IMG/VR virus record: IMGVR_UViG_3300005837_000196
Span: 65 to 64,064 of that record
Reading direction: 5' to 3' (one strand)
Length of the DNA: 64,000 bases
Source: a virus
Taxonomy: Duplodnaviria; Caudoviricetes
Shown: positions 54,852 through 64,000 of the stretch, in pieces
Position numbering within the stretch: the first letter of the stretch is position 1
Layout of the letters: every line of letters begins with the position of its first letter
Position numbers and translations under genes: made by a program
The notes under the pieces: generated by a model
The model's input: the letters and a program-made list of their open reading frames with translations, nothing else
Database searches by the model: none
Told to the model about the DNA's origin: nothing

Positions 54852-56111
54852 TTAATTTTTAATTTTAAATCGTAAACGACTCATATCATCTCCACTTATT
54901 GCTTTGACTTGCATTCCGCTATTTGTTGTAACCTGTTCATGAGAACCTCTAGGATTCATGTCGATGTTTTTAGCAGCTTTCATTTCGCTTTTAACCGCAT
55001 CGGCTCTCCCTTGCTCATAAAAATGATTAGCAATAGCATCTGCATTCATTGCTGTAAACAAAGCTTTGTGATAACCCTGCGCATCCGCCATTTCATTATT
55101 ATCGTTAACAAACTTGCTAACTAATTTGTTTATGTCAGATTGAGAGTCTTTAACTCCATTTACATCTTTAACATTGTATCTGTATTTTGAATCACCAACT
55201 TTATATTCAAAACCTTTAAATTCATTGGTAAACAATTCATTTGTTTTTTGTTCAAACACAGATCTTTGTTGTTGTGTAGATGTTTGATTCGTTTTATAAT
55301 CATTGTAAAACTCAACCGCTTCTTTCTGCTCGGGACTTAACTTAGAACTTAACTTAAGATCGTCGTAATATTTGTCTTTAAGATTAGTTAGATTTGATTT
55401 AGCTTCAGCTATTGATTCCTTGAATGCTAATTTTTTGCGCTTTATATCACGCTCTTCGTCCACCTCTTCATCATAAGAAAAATTGTCTTCAATTAAGAAG
55501 TCAATTTCATCTGCTGCTAAATGAGGTTTAGTTTGTTGATAGTACTCACGTAATAATTGTGAGTCATCCATACTATCATAGTTTTTATTAAGATTTACAT
55601 AATCTTCTATATCACCACCAGTTTCCCGCATAAACTCAACTAGTTTATTTATATTTTCAGGTAACTCACTGGCTGCTTGATTATTATTTACATCTTCTGT
55701 TTCTTCTTTAAGCTTATTAGGAATATCTTTTATCTTATCCGATAAGCTAGATTGTTCTACCGGTTCTTCATCTTGTACAAGTTCGAGCACCGCATCTTCA
55801 TTGTTAGTGGTGTCACTTTCTCCGGAAGACTCTTCATTTGCTTCTCCGTTGTTTTGTTCTTGTACGTTTCCGCTAGTTTCGGATTCGTCGCGTACAGAAA
55901 TCTCATCTGCGCTTTGCTCTTGAACGGCATCTTCTTCAGTTTTAGGTTGTTCTCTTAAATCTAGTTTAATAGTGCCGTCTTCGTCAACACTTACATTACT
56001 AGGTGTTTCTGTTTGCTGAGCTTCTTCTTGCGGTGCTTCAGCTTGTTGTTCTACTGTTTGTTCAACTGCTTCTTGTGCAGTTTCTTCAACAGGATTAGTT
56101 TCTTCTGCCAT
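54852..56111 (-). CDS. Putative capsid scaffolding protein
   Basis: Very acidic disordered N-terminus and helical C-terminus; between portal and capsid genes. Confidence 0.7.
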   Translation of the reverse strand: MAEETNPVEETAQEAVEQTVEQQAEAPQEEAQQTETPSNVSVDEDGTIKLDLREQPKTEEDAVQEQSADEISVRDESETSGNVQEQNNGEANEESSGESDTTNNEDAVLELVQDEEPVEQSSLSDKIKDIPNKLKEETEDVNNNQAASELPENINKLVEFMRETGGDIEDYVNLNKNYDSMDDSQLLREYYQQTKPHLAADEIDFLIEDNFSYDEEVDEERDIKRKKLAFKESIAEAKSNLTNLKDKYYDDLKLSSKLSPEQKEAVEFYNDYKTNQTSTQQQRSVFEQKTNELFTNEFKGFEYKVGDSKYRYNVKDVNGVKDSQSDINKLVSKFVNDNNEMADAQGYHKALFTAMNADAIANHFYEQGRADAVKSEMKAAKNIDMNPRGSHEQVTTNSGMQVKAISGDDMSRLRFKIKN

Positions 56112-56128
56112 GATATAATATTATAAAA

Positions 56129-58552
56129 TTAACGGGGTTCAAACATTTCTAAGTTAAATCCACTCCCCATGGTGTCATTACCAGCAGATTCAAACTCTTG
56201 TTCGCCTTTGCGATCTTTTCTTTGTTCAATTAATTTTGATTGTTGACTAGCTTGTATTCTAGTTCTTTCGTCTTTGCGATCTTCTTTATATTTTTCTTTA
56301 TCATTAAAAGCTTCGCCTTCTTTATCTTTAATTGCCATATTAAGATCAAACTCATATTTCATAAGTTCTTTCTTAAGTTCTTTTTCTTGTTGCATTTTTT
56401 GCATTTCAAGCTCTGCTTCCATTTGAACAAGCTGAGATTTTTGTTGTGTGATAGCTTGATTCTTTTGTATTTCCATTTGAGCAGCTACTTGAGTATTCTG
56501 CGAATTAGCATTTGCTTGTGCTTGTATATTAGACTCTTGTCTTTTTTGATCTAATTCAAGTTTCTTACGCCTTCTTATTTTCAATAGTTGATTAGCAAGC
56601 TTAATATTTTTTATTTCTCTAATATCAATTGCATCTTCTAAATAAACTTGATCTTTAGCTAAAGCTTGTTGAATATTGTTTTCAAGCATTGCTTTTTCTT
56701 GTTCATCCGGTGATAGCTCAATGAAAATACCAAAATCATGTAGATGCATGTTTTTAATATCATCTAAAGTTGCTACATTAAATCTACCAATGCTTGATAT
56801 AAAAGCATCACGAGTGGGTGAATACTCTAATACATCAGATACTCTTAAACTAATAGCTTCTGCTGTTTTAGCTGTTAGATATAAACTTGACTGTAATATG
56901 TGTCTTGTAGCTGTGTTTGAATTTGCTGCCGCAAGCTTTTGAACGCCAACTAGTGCATTTTTATCAGGCATAGATCCATCACGTGCTTCATTAAGCCCTG
57001 TAACATCACGAATCATTTGTAAATAATAATTATATGTATTTATTAATGAACCTATTTTATTGTTACCACCGTTAGAAGTTAGTTCTTGTATAGGCATTTT
57101 TCCAGGATTCATATCACCATCTTGCGTTAGCGATCTGCCTATAACAGAACCTGTTTGAAAAAACATATTTAACGCTTCTTGCGGATTATAATTAGTACCA
57201 TTACCTAAATCTATTTCAGCTAAACCATCAGCATCTAAATAAACTCCATCAGGTATCATTCTTGACATTACCTGTTGCAATTTTAAATGCGTTAGCTGAA
57301 TCATATCCGCAAAGCTTGTAATTCTACTTACTAAAGATTCAATTCTACCTTTATATATTCTAGGTGCAACCACGTGGTAATTCATCATTACTCTTGTAGT
57401 ATCGCTTTTGGGTCTTACCATATTTTTAGCAAGCTCCCATTTTAATAATTTTTTAGTACCTAAAACAAATGCTCCATCATAAACTACCTCTATAGATCTT
57501 GATTGTTTGTCAAATGGTAAAGATCCATCTACAGGCGGGTTAAACTGGTCATCTTTTTTAATTGCCTTGTCGGCACCAGATGCAGTTTTCTTTATTTTAT
57601 ATACTTGATTATTGTATGTTTTATAATTAAAATATAAAACTTGTATTGTATTTGCGTCTAATACACTGTCTTCGTTTATATATCTATTATGTGAAGAAGC
57701 TGTTTGAACACCCTGTTTTGTTAAATCCTTTAAATCATCATCAGATAAATCAGGGAATTGGGTTTTTAACTCATTGATTGTCACGCTTTTAACTTCACCT
57801 ACATAATATATATCATCAAAATAAGGCGAATAAGTATAAGAATAAACTAAATCAGCAGGATCAACATACTTTACTTTAATACCTTCTGAATTATTAAATT
57901 CATTTTTTACAGCGCCAATACCAATAACAGCTAAATCATAATTAAGCCTTCTTTGTGTTAATTCATAATTATTAGAATTAAACACAGTGTTAATCGCTTG
58001 TTCTTCTGCTATCTCAATAGATTGCTTGTAGTCAAGTTGCATATGTAGACTAAGCTCTTCTTCATTTTCAGGAAGATTATTTCTGTCATTATTATATACA
58101 TTAACACCTAACTTATTCATTATTTCGTCAGATATTTCTTTAGTCTGCATATCTTCTAAAACTGATTCTACATAATCTGTTCTTTGCTTTACAGACGCAG
58201 GATCTTGAGAAAATGCTTTAACATCATAAAGTCTATCAGCCATGCCGTTAACTACAATGTCTACAAACTTTGGAATAATAGGTACAGGTTTCCAATCTAA
58301 ATTTAAATAAGATAAATCACCATTAATAGATAATTCATCTTTATATTTTTTTACAGATTGTTCTCCTCTTGCGTAAAGTCTTAACCTGTGAAATTCATCT
58401 CTATTAGAATAAAAACGCGTTGCACCCGAATCTCTTTTAAACCATTCGTGTTCAATAGCACGAGCAATTTCTAACCCATATTCTGAGCTTGCTTTTTCAG
58501 CATCACTCGCTATTTGACTTGGAAATGAACTTTTTAATATTGTTTCAGCCAT
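56129..58552 (-). CDS. Portal protein
   Basis: 807 aa directly after the terminase; LRLYARGEQS...YLNLDWKPVPIIPKFVDIVVNG; C-terminal coiled coil. Confidence 0.85.
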   Translation of the reverse strand: MAETILKSSFPSQIASDAEKASSEYGLEIARAIEHEWFKRDSGATRFYSNRDEFHRLRLYARGEQSVKKYKDELSINGDLSYLNLDWKPVPIIPKFVDIVVNGMADRLYDVKAFSQDPASVKQRTDYVESVLEDMQTKEISDEIMNKLGVNVYNNDRNNLPENEEELSLHMQLDYKQSIEIAEEQAINTVFNSNNYELTQRRLNYDLAVIGIGAVKNEFNNSEGIKVKYVDPADLVYSYTYSPYFDDIYYVGEVKSVTINELKTQFPDLSDDDLKDLTKQGVQTASSHNRYINEDSVLDANTIQVLYFNYKTYNNQVYKIKKTASGADKAIKKDDQFNPPVDGSLPFDKQSRSIEVVYDGAFVLGTKKLLKWELAKNMVRPKSDTTRVMMNYHVVAPRIYKGRIESLVSRITSFADMIQLTHLKLQQVMSRMIPDGVYLDADGLAEIDLGNGTNYNPQEALNMFFQTGSVIGRSLTQDGDMNPGKMPIQELTSNGGNNKIGSLINTYNYYLQMIRDVTGLNEARDGSMPDKNALVGVQKLAAANSNTATRHILQSSLYLTAKTAEAISLRVSDVLEYSPTRDAFISSIGRFNVATLDDIKNMHLHDFGIFIELSPDEQEKAMLENNIQQALAKDQVYLEDAIDIREIKNIKLANQLLKIRRRKKLELDQKRQESNIQAQANANSQNTQVAAQMEIQKNQAITQQKSQLVQMEAELEMQKMQQEKELKKELMKYEFDLNMAIKDKEGEAFNDKEKYKEDRKDERTRIQASQQSKLIEQRKDRKGEQEFESAGNDTMGSGFNLEMFEPR

Positions 58553-58553
58553 G

Positions 58554-60761
58554 CTACTTAATTATTTCTGAATGCATTCCTTTATTATTAAATCTTTTTA
58601 TTTTTATATCTAATGATTGTTTTTCTTGTTTTGGTTTTGGATGATATAAATGCCTATTGCAAGCCATAATAGCGAGCCCAGAACTAATAGTTGCATCATA
58701 TTTTGTTCTTTTATTTATATCAAATTTAGCCCAATCATTTAATGTTCTATTAAAATATATATTGCCAGCTCCACTTTCATTGTAACCTACATAACTATTT
58801 ATATATGTTTCAATTGCGGCTGCATGAGCTTGCTTTATATCTTCAGACGTATTAGGTATTCCACCTATTTCTTTTTCTGTTACGGATAGTTTATTCCAGA
58901 TTTTATCTGGTCTATTCATTGAAAACCCTCTGTAACCTCTTCTTTTTAAATAGTATAACAATCTAGGTTTGTTATTTTCCGCTAGTATTGGCATGCTATA
59001 AAAAACAATTGCCATTAACATATCTTCAAAAAACATTTCAGCTGTTTGAGGTCTAGCTACATATTCTAAAAAAAATGTATTAGGAGGCGCATCTTCCATG
59101 CTAAACTTAGTTAACCCGTGCAAAGAGCCTTTAGAACCTATCCCATCAGTTGTGCCTGATATATCATAAGAGTCGCATCCAAAAGCCCCCATGTGCTCAT
59201 TACCAGGATGTTTAACTCCATTCTTTACTATTACATTGTTTTGAAGCTTCTTAGGCGGTACCCACGAGATCATAAAGCGGCCACTATTATTAGGTGCAAA
59301 CATTACTTTAGAATCTTTAATACCGTTTTCCCAAACAAATGAACCTTTTGTTATAAGGCCCTGTCTTACAGCATCTTCGTTGAAATCAATTTGCTCGTAT
59401 ATTTTACTTAAATTAAATATACTGTTTTTAGCTTCATCTCTAAACGCATGCTCCTCTGTTCTTGGAAACTGTCTATAGTATTCATTTAATCCGTCACTAT
59501 CATGCTTTAAACCTTCAACTTCATTTTCCCAAAACTCTACGACACCTGTTTCAATTTGTAATCCATCATTTCCAAGTATGGGTTTTTCTGGCGTATCAAA
59601 CGCAGGGTATCCATAAGAATCAATGTATCCTTCGTAATTCCATTCCATAGGTATGAACAAAGAATATAATCCTGAGCTAGTTTGTCCATTGCGATTTCTT
59701 CGTGTGACGTTTGAGTCATTATAAAGTCTTTTAAAATTATCTCCTCCCTTATCTAATGAATTAGAAGTAGATCCCATCATACACTTACCAATAATCTTAC
59801 TACCTAACCGCAATGTTGTTTTAGTAACTCTCCAGTTGTTTAATATATTGTCAGGTCTTTCCCATTTACCGGATTCATCGTGAACTAATAACCTAAGCTT
59901 TTCACCATCATAACTGTTATCACCTGTGTTTTTCCAGTCAATTGTTGTGTCTAATCCTTCTAATGTTTGTCTTTCAGATTTTTCCGAGATAGTCTTACGG
60001 GTAAGCTTTGACGCGGGTACTCTGTATGCGAGTTCTGATTTGGGGCGGTCCATCCCGTCTTGTATCGGTTTGAAAAAGAATGGATAGTTGACTGATATTG
60101 GTACAACCTTGTCGGTAAACATTTTCTTAGCATCAGCACCCGATTTGGACAGTATGCCGAACCGTGCGTCTGAAGTAATTGTTGCCTGATGTACGGTTTC
60201 AGCAGAAGACATAAAGCTAAATCCGGATCGTCTGTTTTTAAGATAGCACATTCCATAACACCTAGTGTCGGCCTTGCAGGCTTCCCAAAAAATAAAGAAG
60301 AGTCGATTAGCCTCTCTGTAGTCTGGCTTCCCAACATCAATCTTGGTGTGTTGCAAGTACATGTAATGAGAACCAGTGATGTAAGTGGGATTGTTTTTAT
60401 TATTAAACCAAAAACCTTCTTCACGTCTTGTAAACTCTCTATCAATATACCCATACCATTTGTTTTTAAAATGTTCAGGATAGCTTTCCCAATCGAATAT
60501 ACTTTTTATATTCTTTAAATCTTTAGGATACTCTTCTGGCTCCCATCTTTTATCTGTGTTCACTATATCTTTTGATACAGATGGTAATGCTATACACAAG
60601 TTCTGCAGTTCGATTACTTCTCCTATTGTACCGTCTTTGCTAATTACTACAACGTCGTATTCTTTATTGTAACCGTATTCCCATTTTTTATATCTATTAT
60701 TTTTTTTAATAATATTTTCTTTTATGGGATGTACTGTTTTAACTAAAGTTTGTTCGTACAT
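58554..60761 (-). CDS. terL: Terminase large subunit
   Basis: ATPase motifs YLKNRRSGFS and LLVHDESGKW; RNase H-like nuclease GCDSYD. Confidence 0.88.
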   Translation of the reverse strand: MYEQTLVKTVHPIKENIIKKNNRYKKWEYGYNKEYDVVVISKDGTIGEVIELQNLCIALPSVSKDIVNTDKRWEPEEYPKDLKNIKSIFDWESYPEHFKNKWYGYIDREFTRREEGFWFNNKNNPTYITGSHYMYLQHTKIDVGKPDYREANRLFFIFWEACKADTRCYGMCYLKNRRSGFSFMSSAETVHQATITSDARFGILSKSGADAKKMFTDKVVPISVNYPFFFKPIQDGMDRPKSELAYRVPASKLTRKTISEKSERQTLEGLDTTIDWKNTGDNSYDGEKLRLLVHDESGKWERPDNILNNWRVTKTTLRLGSKIIGKCMMGSTSNSLDKGGDNFKRLYNDSNVTRRNRNGQTSSGLYSLFIPMEWNYEGYIDSYGYPAFDTPEKPILGNDGLQIETGVVEFWENEVEGLKHDSDGLNEYYRQFPRTEEHAFRDEAKNSIFNLSKIYEQIDFNEDAVRQGLITKGSFVWENGIKDSKVMFAPNNSGRFMISWVPPKKLQNNVIVKNGVKHPGNEHMGAFGCDSYDISGTTDGIGSKGSLHGLTKFSMEDAPPNTFFLEYVARPQTAEMFFEDMLMAIVFYSMPILAENNKPRLLYYLKRRGYRGFSMNRPDKIWNKLSVTEKEIGGIPNTSEDIKQAHAAAIETYINSYVGYNESGAGNIYFNRTLNDWAKFDINKRTKYDATISSGLAIMACNRHLYHPKPKQEKQSLDIKIKRFNNKGMHSEIIK

Positions 60762-61036
60762 TATTTAGATCTTCTTTCCGCAAATCCTTTAAGGCTTTCT
60801 TTAGCCTCAACAGGTTTATTATCCATCAAGTTTTTTTCTGCTTCAATACGTGTAAGTATTTCAAACGCGTCAAAAATTGCTAACTTTTTTGTTGCTGCCG
60901 CATTCTTAAGTCTATCTGCAGCAAGTTCATCCTCACCACCTTCAACTATTATTTCTTCTTCAGCAACTCTTATTAGTTCATGTACAGCCTTATACCCAGC
61001 TTGTACTATACTCGACTTCAGTTCCTTTGCGTTCAT
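60761..61036 (-). CDS. Candidate terminase small subunit
   Basis: 91-aa helical ORF coupled immediately upstream of terL; position only. Confidence 0.4.
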   Translation of the reverse strand: MNAKELKSSIVQAGYKAVHELIRVAEEEIIVEGGEDELAADRLKNAAATKKLAIFDAFEILTRIEAEKNLMDNKPVEAKESLKGFAERRSK

Positions 61037-61589
61037 ATTTAATTGAAATTGAATTAAGCGGTACCCTATATAATCTTTCGTCTTCTATAACGAATTCATA
61101 TTCGCTATTAGGTGTAAAACCTATTAAATCATTATCAGATAGATTAAAGTCTCTTAAATCACTCCCTAGGTGCTTTAAAACGCCCATGAGCGGTTCTTCT
61201 TTATCTATATTTAATTTATTTAAGTTGTGAATTGGTTTTACGAAACAAAATCCAGGTGGCGTATGCCATTTACCATTTCTTTTATATAAAAATATTTGTT
61301 CGCTGTAACAAAAGTACTTATCCTCTTGAAAATAGCTTCTACTATTTTTTTCTTTACCTCGCATATCATAAAATCTTCTAAATACATTATGATGTACAAT
61401 TACTTCATCACCTATTTGTAAATATTCATTATCATTAACAATAGGTAATTCTACAATTACACCATTTCTATTTACAAACTTATGATCTTCTATTGAAGTA
61501 TTAAGTATAAGTTCTTTATTATCAACGCTTTTCTTATTATTGTATCTTCCATTTAAAGGTTCAACAATATAAGCATGCGTATTTTTCAT
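60990..61589 (-). CDS. Tandem double GroES-like (Cpn10-fold) protein
   Basis: Two GroES-like repeats: ...LILNTS...NGVIVELP...LQIGDEVIVHHN and ...FCFVKP...MGVLKHLG...DNDLIGF...IEDERLYRV. Confidence 0.6.
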   Translation of the reverse strand: MKNTHAYIVEPLNGRYNNKKSVDNKELILNTSIEDHKFVNRNGVIVELPIVNDNEYLQIGDEVIVHHNVFRRFYDMRGKEKNSRSYFQEDKYFCYSEQIFLYKRNGKWHTPPGFCFVKPIHNLNKLNIDKEEPLMGVLKHLGSDLRDFNLSDNDLIGFTPNSEYEFVIEDERLYRVPLNSISIKYERKGTEVEYSTSWV

Positions 61590-61807
61590 TAATATTGTAA
61601 ATTATATTCAATTGATATAGCCATGTTCTTATTAAATTGTTTCCAAGGTAAAACCTCATCTTCTTTATTAATGTATATTCTATAGCTGTCTTCTTCTTCT
61701 ATTATTTCTGTTATAGTATGGCCACCAAAAACTTCTTGACCTACGCTATAATGCATTGCATCGTTTTTATAATCACGACCAATACTAATCTTTCTTATTA
61801 GATTCAT
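61589..61807 (-). CDS. Conserved hypothetical protein
   Basis: 72 aa, IRKISIGRDYKNDAMHYSVGQEV. Confidence 0.6.
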   Translation of the reverse strand: MNLIRKISIGRDYKNDAMHYSVGQEVFGGHTITEIIEEEDSYRIYINKEDEVLPWKQFNKNMAISIEYNLQY

Positions 61808-61934
61808 TTTTATCTTTATTTGATTCCTGTAAAATGTCTGAAATCGCTTTTACTCTATTCAACTCCCTAATTGGGAATTCATTAAGTATTTGAGTAATAC
61901 GATTAATTTGTGATTCATTTAGTTTAATTTCCAT
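61785..61934 (-). CDS. Small hypothetical protein (49 aa); not in track
   Basis: MEIKLNESQINRITQILNEFPIRELNRV...; first gene after the candidate late promoter. Confidence 0.55.
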   Translation of the reverse strand: MEIKLNESQINRITQILNEFPIRELNRVKAISDILQESNKDKNESNKKD

Positions 61935-61954
61935 TTTATTTAATTTTAATTAAT

Positions 61955-61965
61955 TATATTATTAC
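61955..61965 (-). promoter_or_regulatory. Candidate late promoter element GTAATAATATA
   Basis: Intergenic, upstream of the packaging/head operon. Confidence 0.4.
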
Positions 61966-62008
61966 GTATTAGCTATTATATTCAAACAATATACTTTAAA
62001 CTGTTCCA

Positions 62009-64000
62009 TTATTTAATTGCTAAATAGATGTAGGTTACTCCATTACCATTTGTGCCATTTCCAATAGTACCATTTGCAGTAAATCCTGTATCTGTGAAGT
62101 CCACTGTATGCACACCACCTCCATCTTCAGCAGCACTACTGTCAGCCATTAATCTGTTATTTACAGGGTTTTCAGTATCTCTTTGAGAATCTAATAAAAA
62201 CCAAGGTTCATCATTAGAAGTCGATTTAATCATAATAAATCTCGGTCTAAAGCCTAATGTTTGTGAATTTCCTGTTGCACCTGTCCCTGTATAACTCCCT
62301 ATCTTCTGATACCCTGTAACAGAGTGGAAGCAGTAGGCGATAAAATCAGCGCCACCTGCAATAACTTGACCTGCATTCATTTGAAATACTGTGCTTGATG
62401 GAGCAGTGTTGTTCCAGAATAAAGTGCTTGATGCAGCAGCATCGGTAGAATTTAAAGTTAAATATTGTCCTGCACCTGTTGCTGAAGTATAAACAACCCA
62501 ACCCCCTGTTCCACTTGTGTTTTTTATAACATAAAATTCAGGCGCTTGACTCAAGCCGTGTCCTACAGTAAAAGCACCACTTGATATTGCAGTACCCTTC
62601 ACAATACTAAACCCTGCCTCTGCATTAACAGAAACTGTACTATCTATAGTACCTTCTGTGTTTATTTGTGGTAGGTTGTCATCGTGGTCTCCTGCTTTCC
62701 AACACCAAGCTACATAGGGTCCATCTGAAGAATAAGCCGTTCTACCACCTCCAGAAGCAAAATTTACTGTAAAACCATTCTCATTAAAACTTGTAAATTC
62801 ATCTGGCGTAAAAGCTGGGTCTGAAGCAGTTAAATTTGAAGATAAAACCTTGTCAGCACCTCTTATACTATCTACTATGTAATTATGGTGTCCAGTACCA
62901 CGGCACTTTATCCAAACGAGGTCGGGTTTGAAATCGGTCTCAACATCTACAGTCCCAAAAGTTGACCTTCCATCATAAGTAACAACATCAAAGCTATTCT
63001 CTACTGTAGGAGTTGTAGTGTCAGGGTCTGCTGCTATAGCTAGGTAGATATAGTTGGTTGTATCATTGTTTATCCAGCTACTTGATGTTTCTATCTGAAA
63101 GCCATTTGATAAAAACTGGACTTCCATACCTTGACCATTAGAAGTAAGATATTCGGCTAAACTAGTATTGGCAGATAAGTTGTTACCATACCCTCTTTTA
63201 TTATCAACTATAACCCAGTTTCTAGCCAAGTCAGTTGCTTTCATCATTATAAATGCAGGTTCAAATCCTGTTTCTACAATTGGTCCTGAAGTAGAACCAT
63301 TCCCTGTATAAGACCCTATTTTAGAATAGCCATCTACGGAGTGAAATGCGTATGCTACTTCTGTTACAGAGCTACCTCCTCCAATTACCATAGTGTTTGC
63401 ATCAGCTGTATATGCTGTAGTTGTACTCAAAGCTCCTGTTCCGTTTAAAGTACCAAACTTTTGAGTGCCACCTACATTTACACTAACGTACCAATTCCTT
63501 GTAACACTTGTTGTTTTATAAATATACATTTCAGGAGGGGAGTTTAATCCGTGTGATATTGACTGTGTTGCTGTAGTTGGAGATGCTTGATATATTCCAA
63601 ATCCTGATTTAGTATTTATTGACGCACCTGTTGGGTTTATATCACCACCATCTAATCCTGCTGCACTTGCAGTAGAATATCCTGTTCCATCTATATTAAA
63701 TGTATTTGTAGACCCCCCTGCGTTAAAGCACCAAGCGACGTAGTTATATGGTGAGCCATTTACTGCCGCACTATTTCCTATTGTAAAACCATTTGAATCA
63801 AAAGAAGTGATACTATTCGTAATTGTTTCTTCAGCATCAGTAGTATTAGAATATATCAACTTTGTAGCACCCCTTACACTATCCGCTAAATTGTGTGAGT
63901 GAGCAGTAGGGTGATTTCTATGCTTTATCCAAACTAAATCAGGAGTAAACTTCGTAGCCTCTTGGTAAGTTACGTTAGAAGCAGTACCATCATAAGCGTA
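62009..64000 (-). CDS. Tail fibre with duplicated FxPDLVWIK modules (5'-partial; frame open to the window end)
   Basis: Frame is open upstream of the track's TTG start to base 64000; two repeats of FxPDLVWIKxR...DSxRG...YVAWCxxAG...KIGSYTG...GFxPxFIM. Confidence 0.8.
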   Translation of the reverse strand, partial: YAYDGTASNVTYQEATKFTPDLVWIKHRNHPTAHSHNLADSVRGATKLIYSNTTDAEETITNSITSFDSNGFTIGNSAAVNGSPYNYVAWCFNAGGSTNTFNIDGTGYSTASAAGLDGGDINPTGASINTKSGFGIYQASPTTATQSISHGLNSPPEMYIYKTTSVTRNWYVSVNVGGTQKFGTLNGTGALSTTTAYTADANTMVIGGGSSVTEVAYAFHSVDGYSKIGSYTGNGSTSGPIVETGFEPAFIMMKATDLARNWVIVDNKRGYGNNLSANTSLAEYLTSNGQGMEVQFLSNGFQIETSSSWINNDTTNYIYLAIAADPDTTTPTVENSFDVVTYDGRSTFGTVDVETDFKPDLVWIKCRGTGHHNYIVDSIRGADKVLSSNLTASDPAFTPDEFTSFNENGFTVNFASGGGRTAYSSDGPYVAWCWKAGDHDDNLPQINTEGTIDSTVSVNAEAGFSIVKGTAISSGAFTVGHGLSQAPEFYVIKNTSGTGGWVVYTSATGAGQYLTLNSTDAAASSTLFWNNTAPSSTVFQMNAGQVIAGGADFIAYCFHSVTGYQKIGSYTGTGATGNSQTLGFRPRFIMIKSTSNDEPWFLLDSQRDTENPVNNRLMADSSAAEDGGGVHTVDFTDTGFTANGTIGNGTNGNGVTYIYLAIK

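Noticed and set aside
1907-61230. Many opposite-strand or alternate-frame ORFs in the track (e.g. 5391..6035, 12466..12786, 26670..27128, 31022..31396, 49632..50192, 59960..60454)
   Set aside because: They lie wholly inside well-supported genes and have no motifs; they are shadow ORFs
62009-64000. Diversity-generating retroelement target repeats in the fibre genes
   Set aside because: No reverse transcriptase, and the repeats are diverged at the protein level rather than near-identical with adenine-specific differences
1-64000. Stop-codon reassignment, introns or inteins as in some crAss-like phages
   Set aside because: The standard code gives full-length, tightly packed genes; terminase, primase-helicase and RNR genes are uninterrupted and of normal length

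Overview
The window looks like most or all of the genome of a lytic, short-tailed (podovirus-like) dsDNA phage. The host is probably a marine Bacteroidota/Flavobacteriia member, inferred from Shine-Dalgarno-less A/AC-rich leaders, a BACON-like tail domain and a crAss-like order of head and tail genes. No database search was run, so all family assignments come from motif recognition. There are three blocks. (1) Minus-strand late genes at 1-14.9 kb and 32.4-64 kb: terminase, portal, scaffold, capsid, tail ring/nozzle proteins, three putative ejection proteins, many fibres, lysis genes and a GroEL/GroES pair. (2) A plus-strand early region at 15.3-21.7 kb of about 30 tiny ORFs, with eight copies of a fixed-spacing motif TTACA-N5-AACACG-N9-GGATAAT and a structured non-coding stretch at 19.05-19.29 kb. 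(3) A plus-strand replication and nucleotide block at 21.7-32.4 kb: HTH protein, sigma-70 factor, ERF, exonuclease, SSB, primase-helicase, ThyA homologue, two NTP pyrophosphatase-like genes, endonuclease, NrdB and NrdA. No DNA polymerase, integrase, tRNA or CRISPR array was seen. The most interesting leads are: (a) a ThyA homologue with the Asn177-to-Asp change known to switch specificity to dCMP, lying next to NTP pyrophosphatases, a possible 5-methylcytosine DNA pathway; (b) a sigma-70 region-2-like domain inside the 2227-aa putative ejection protein, which could read the non-host-like early promoter array; (c) two matching inverted-repeat elements bracketing the early region; (d) a third, tandem double-GroES co-chaperonin next to the terminase.
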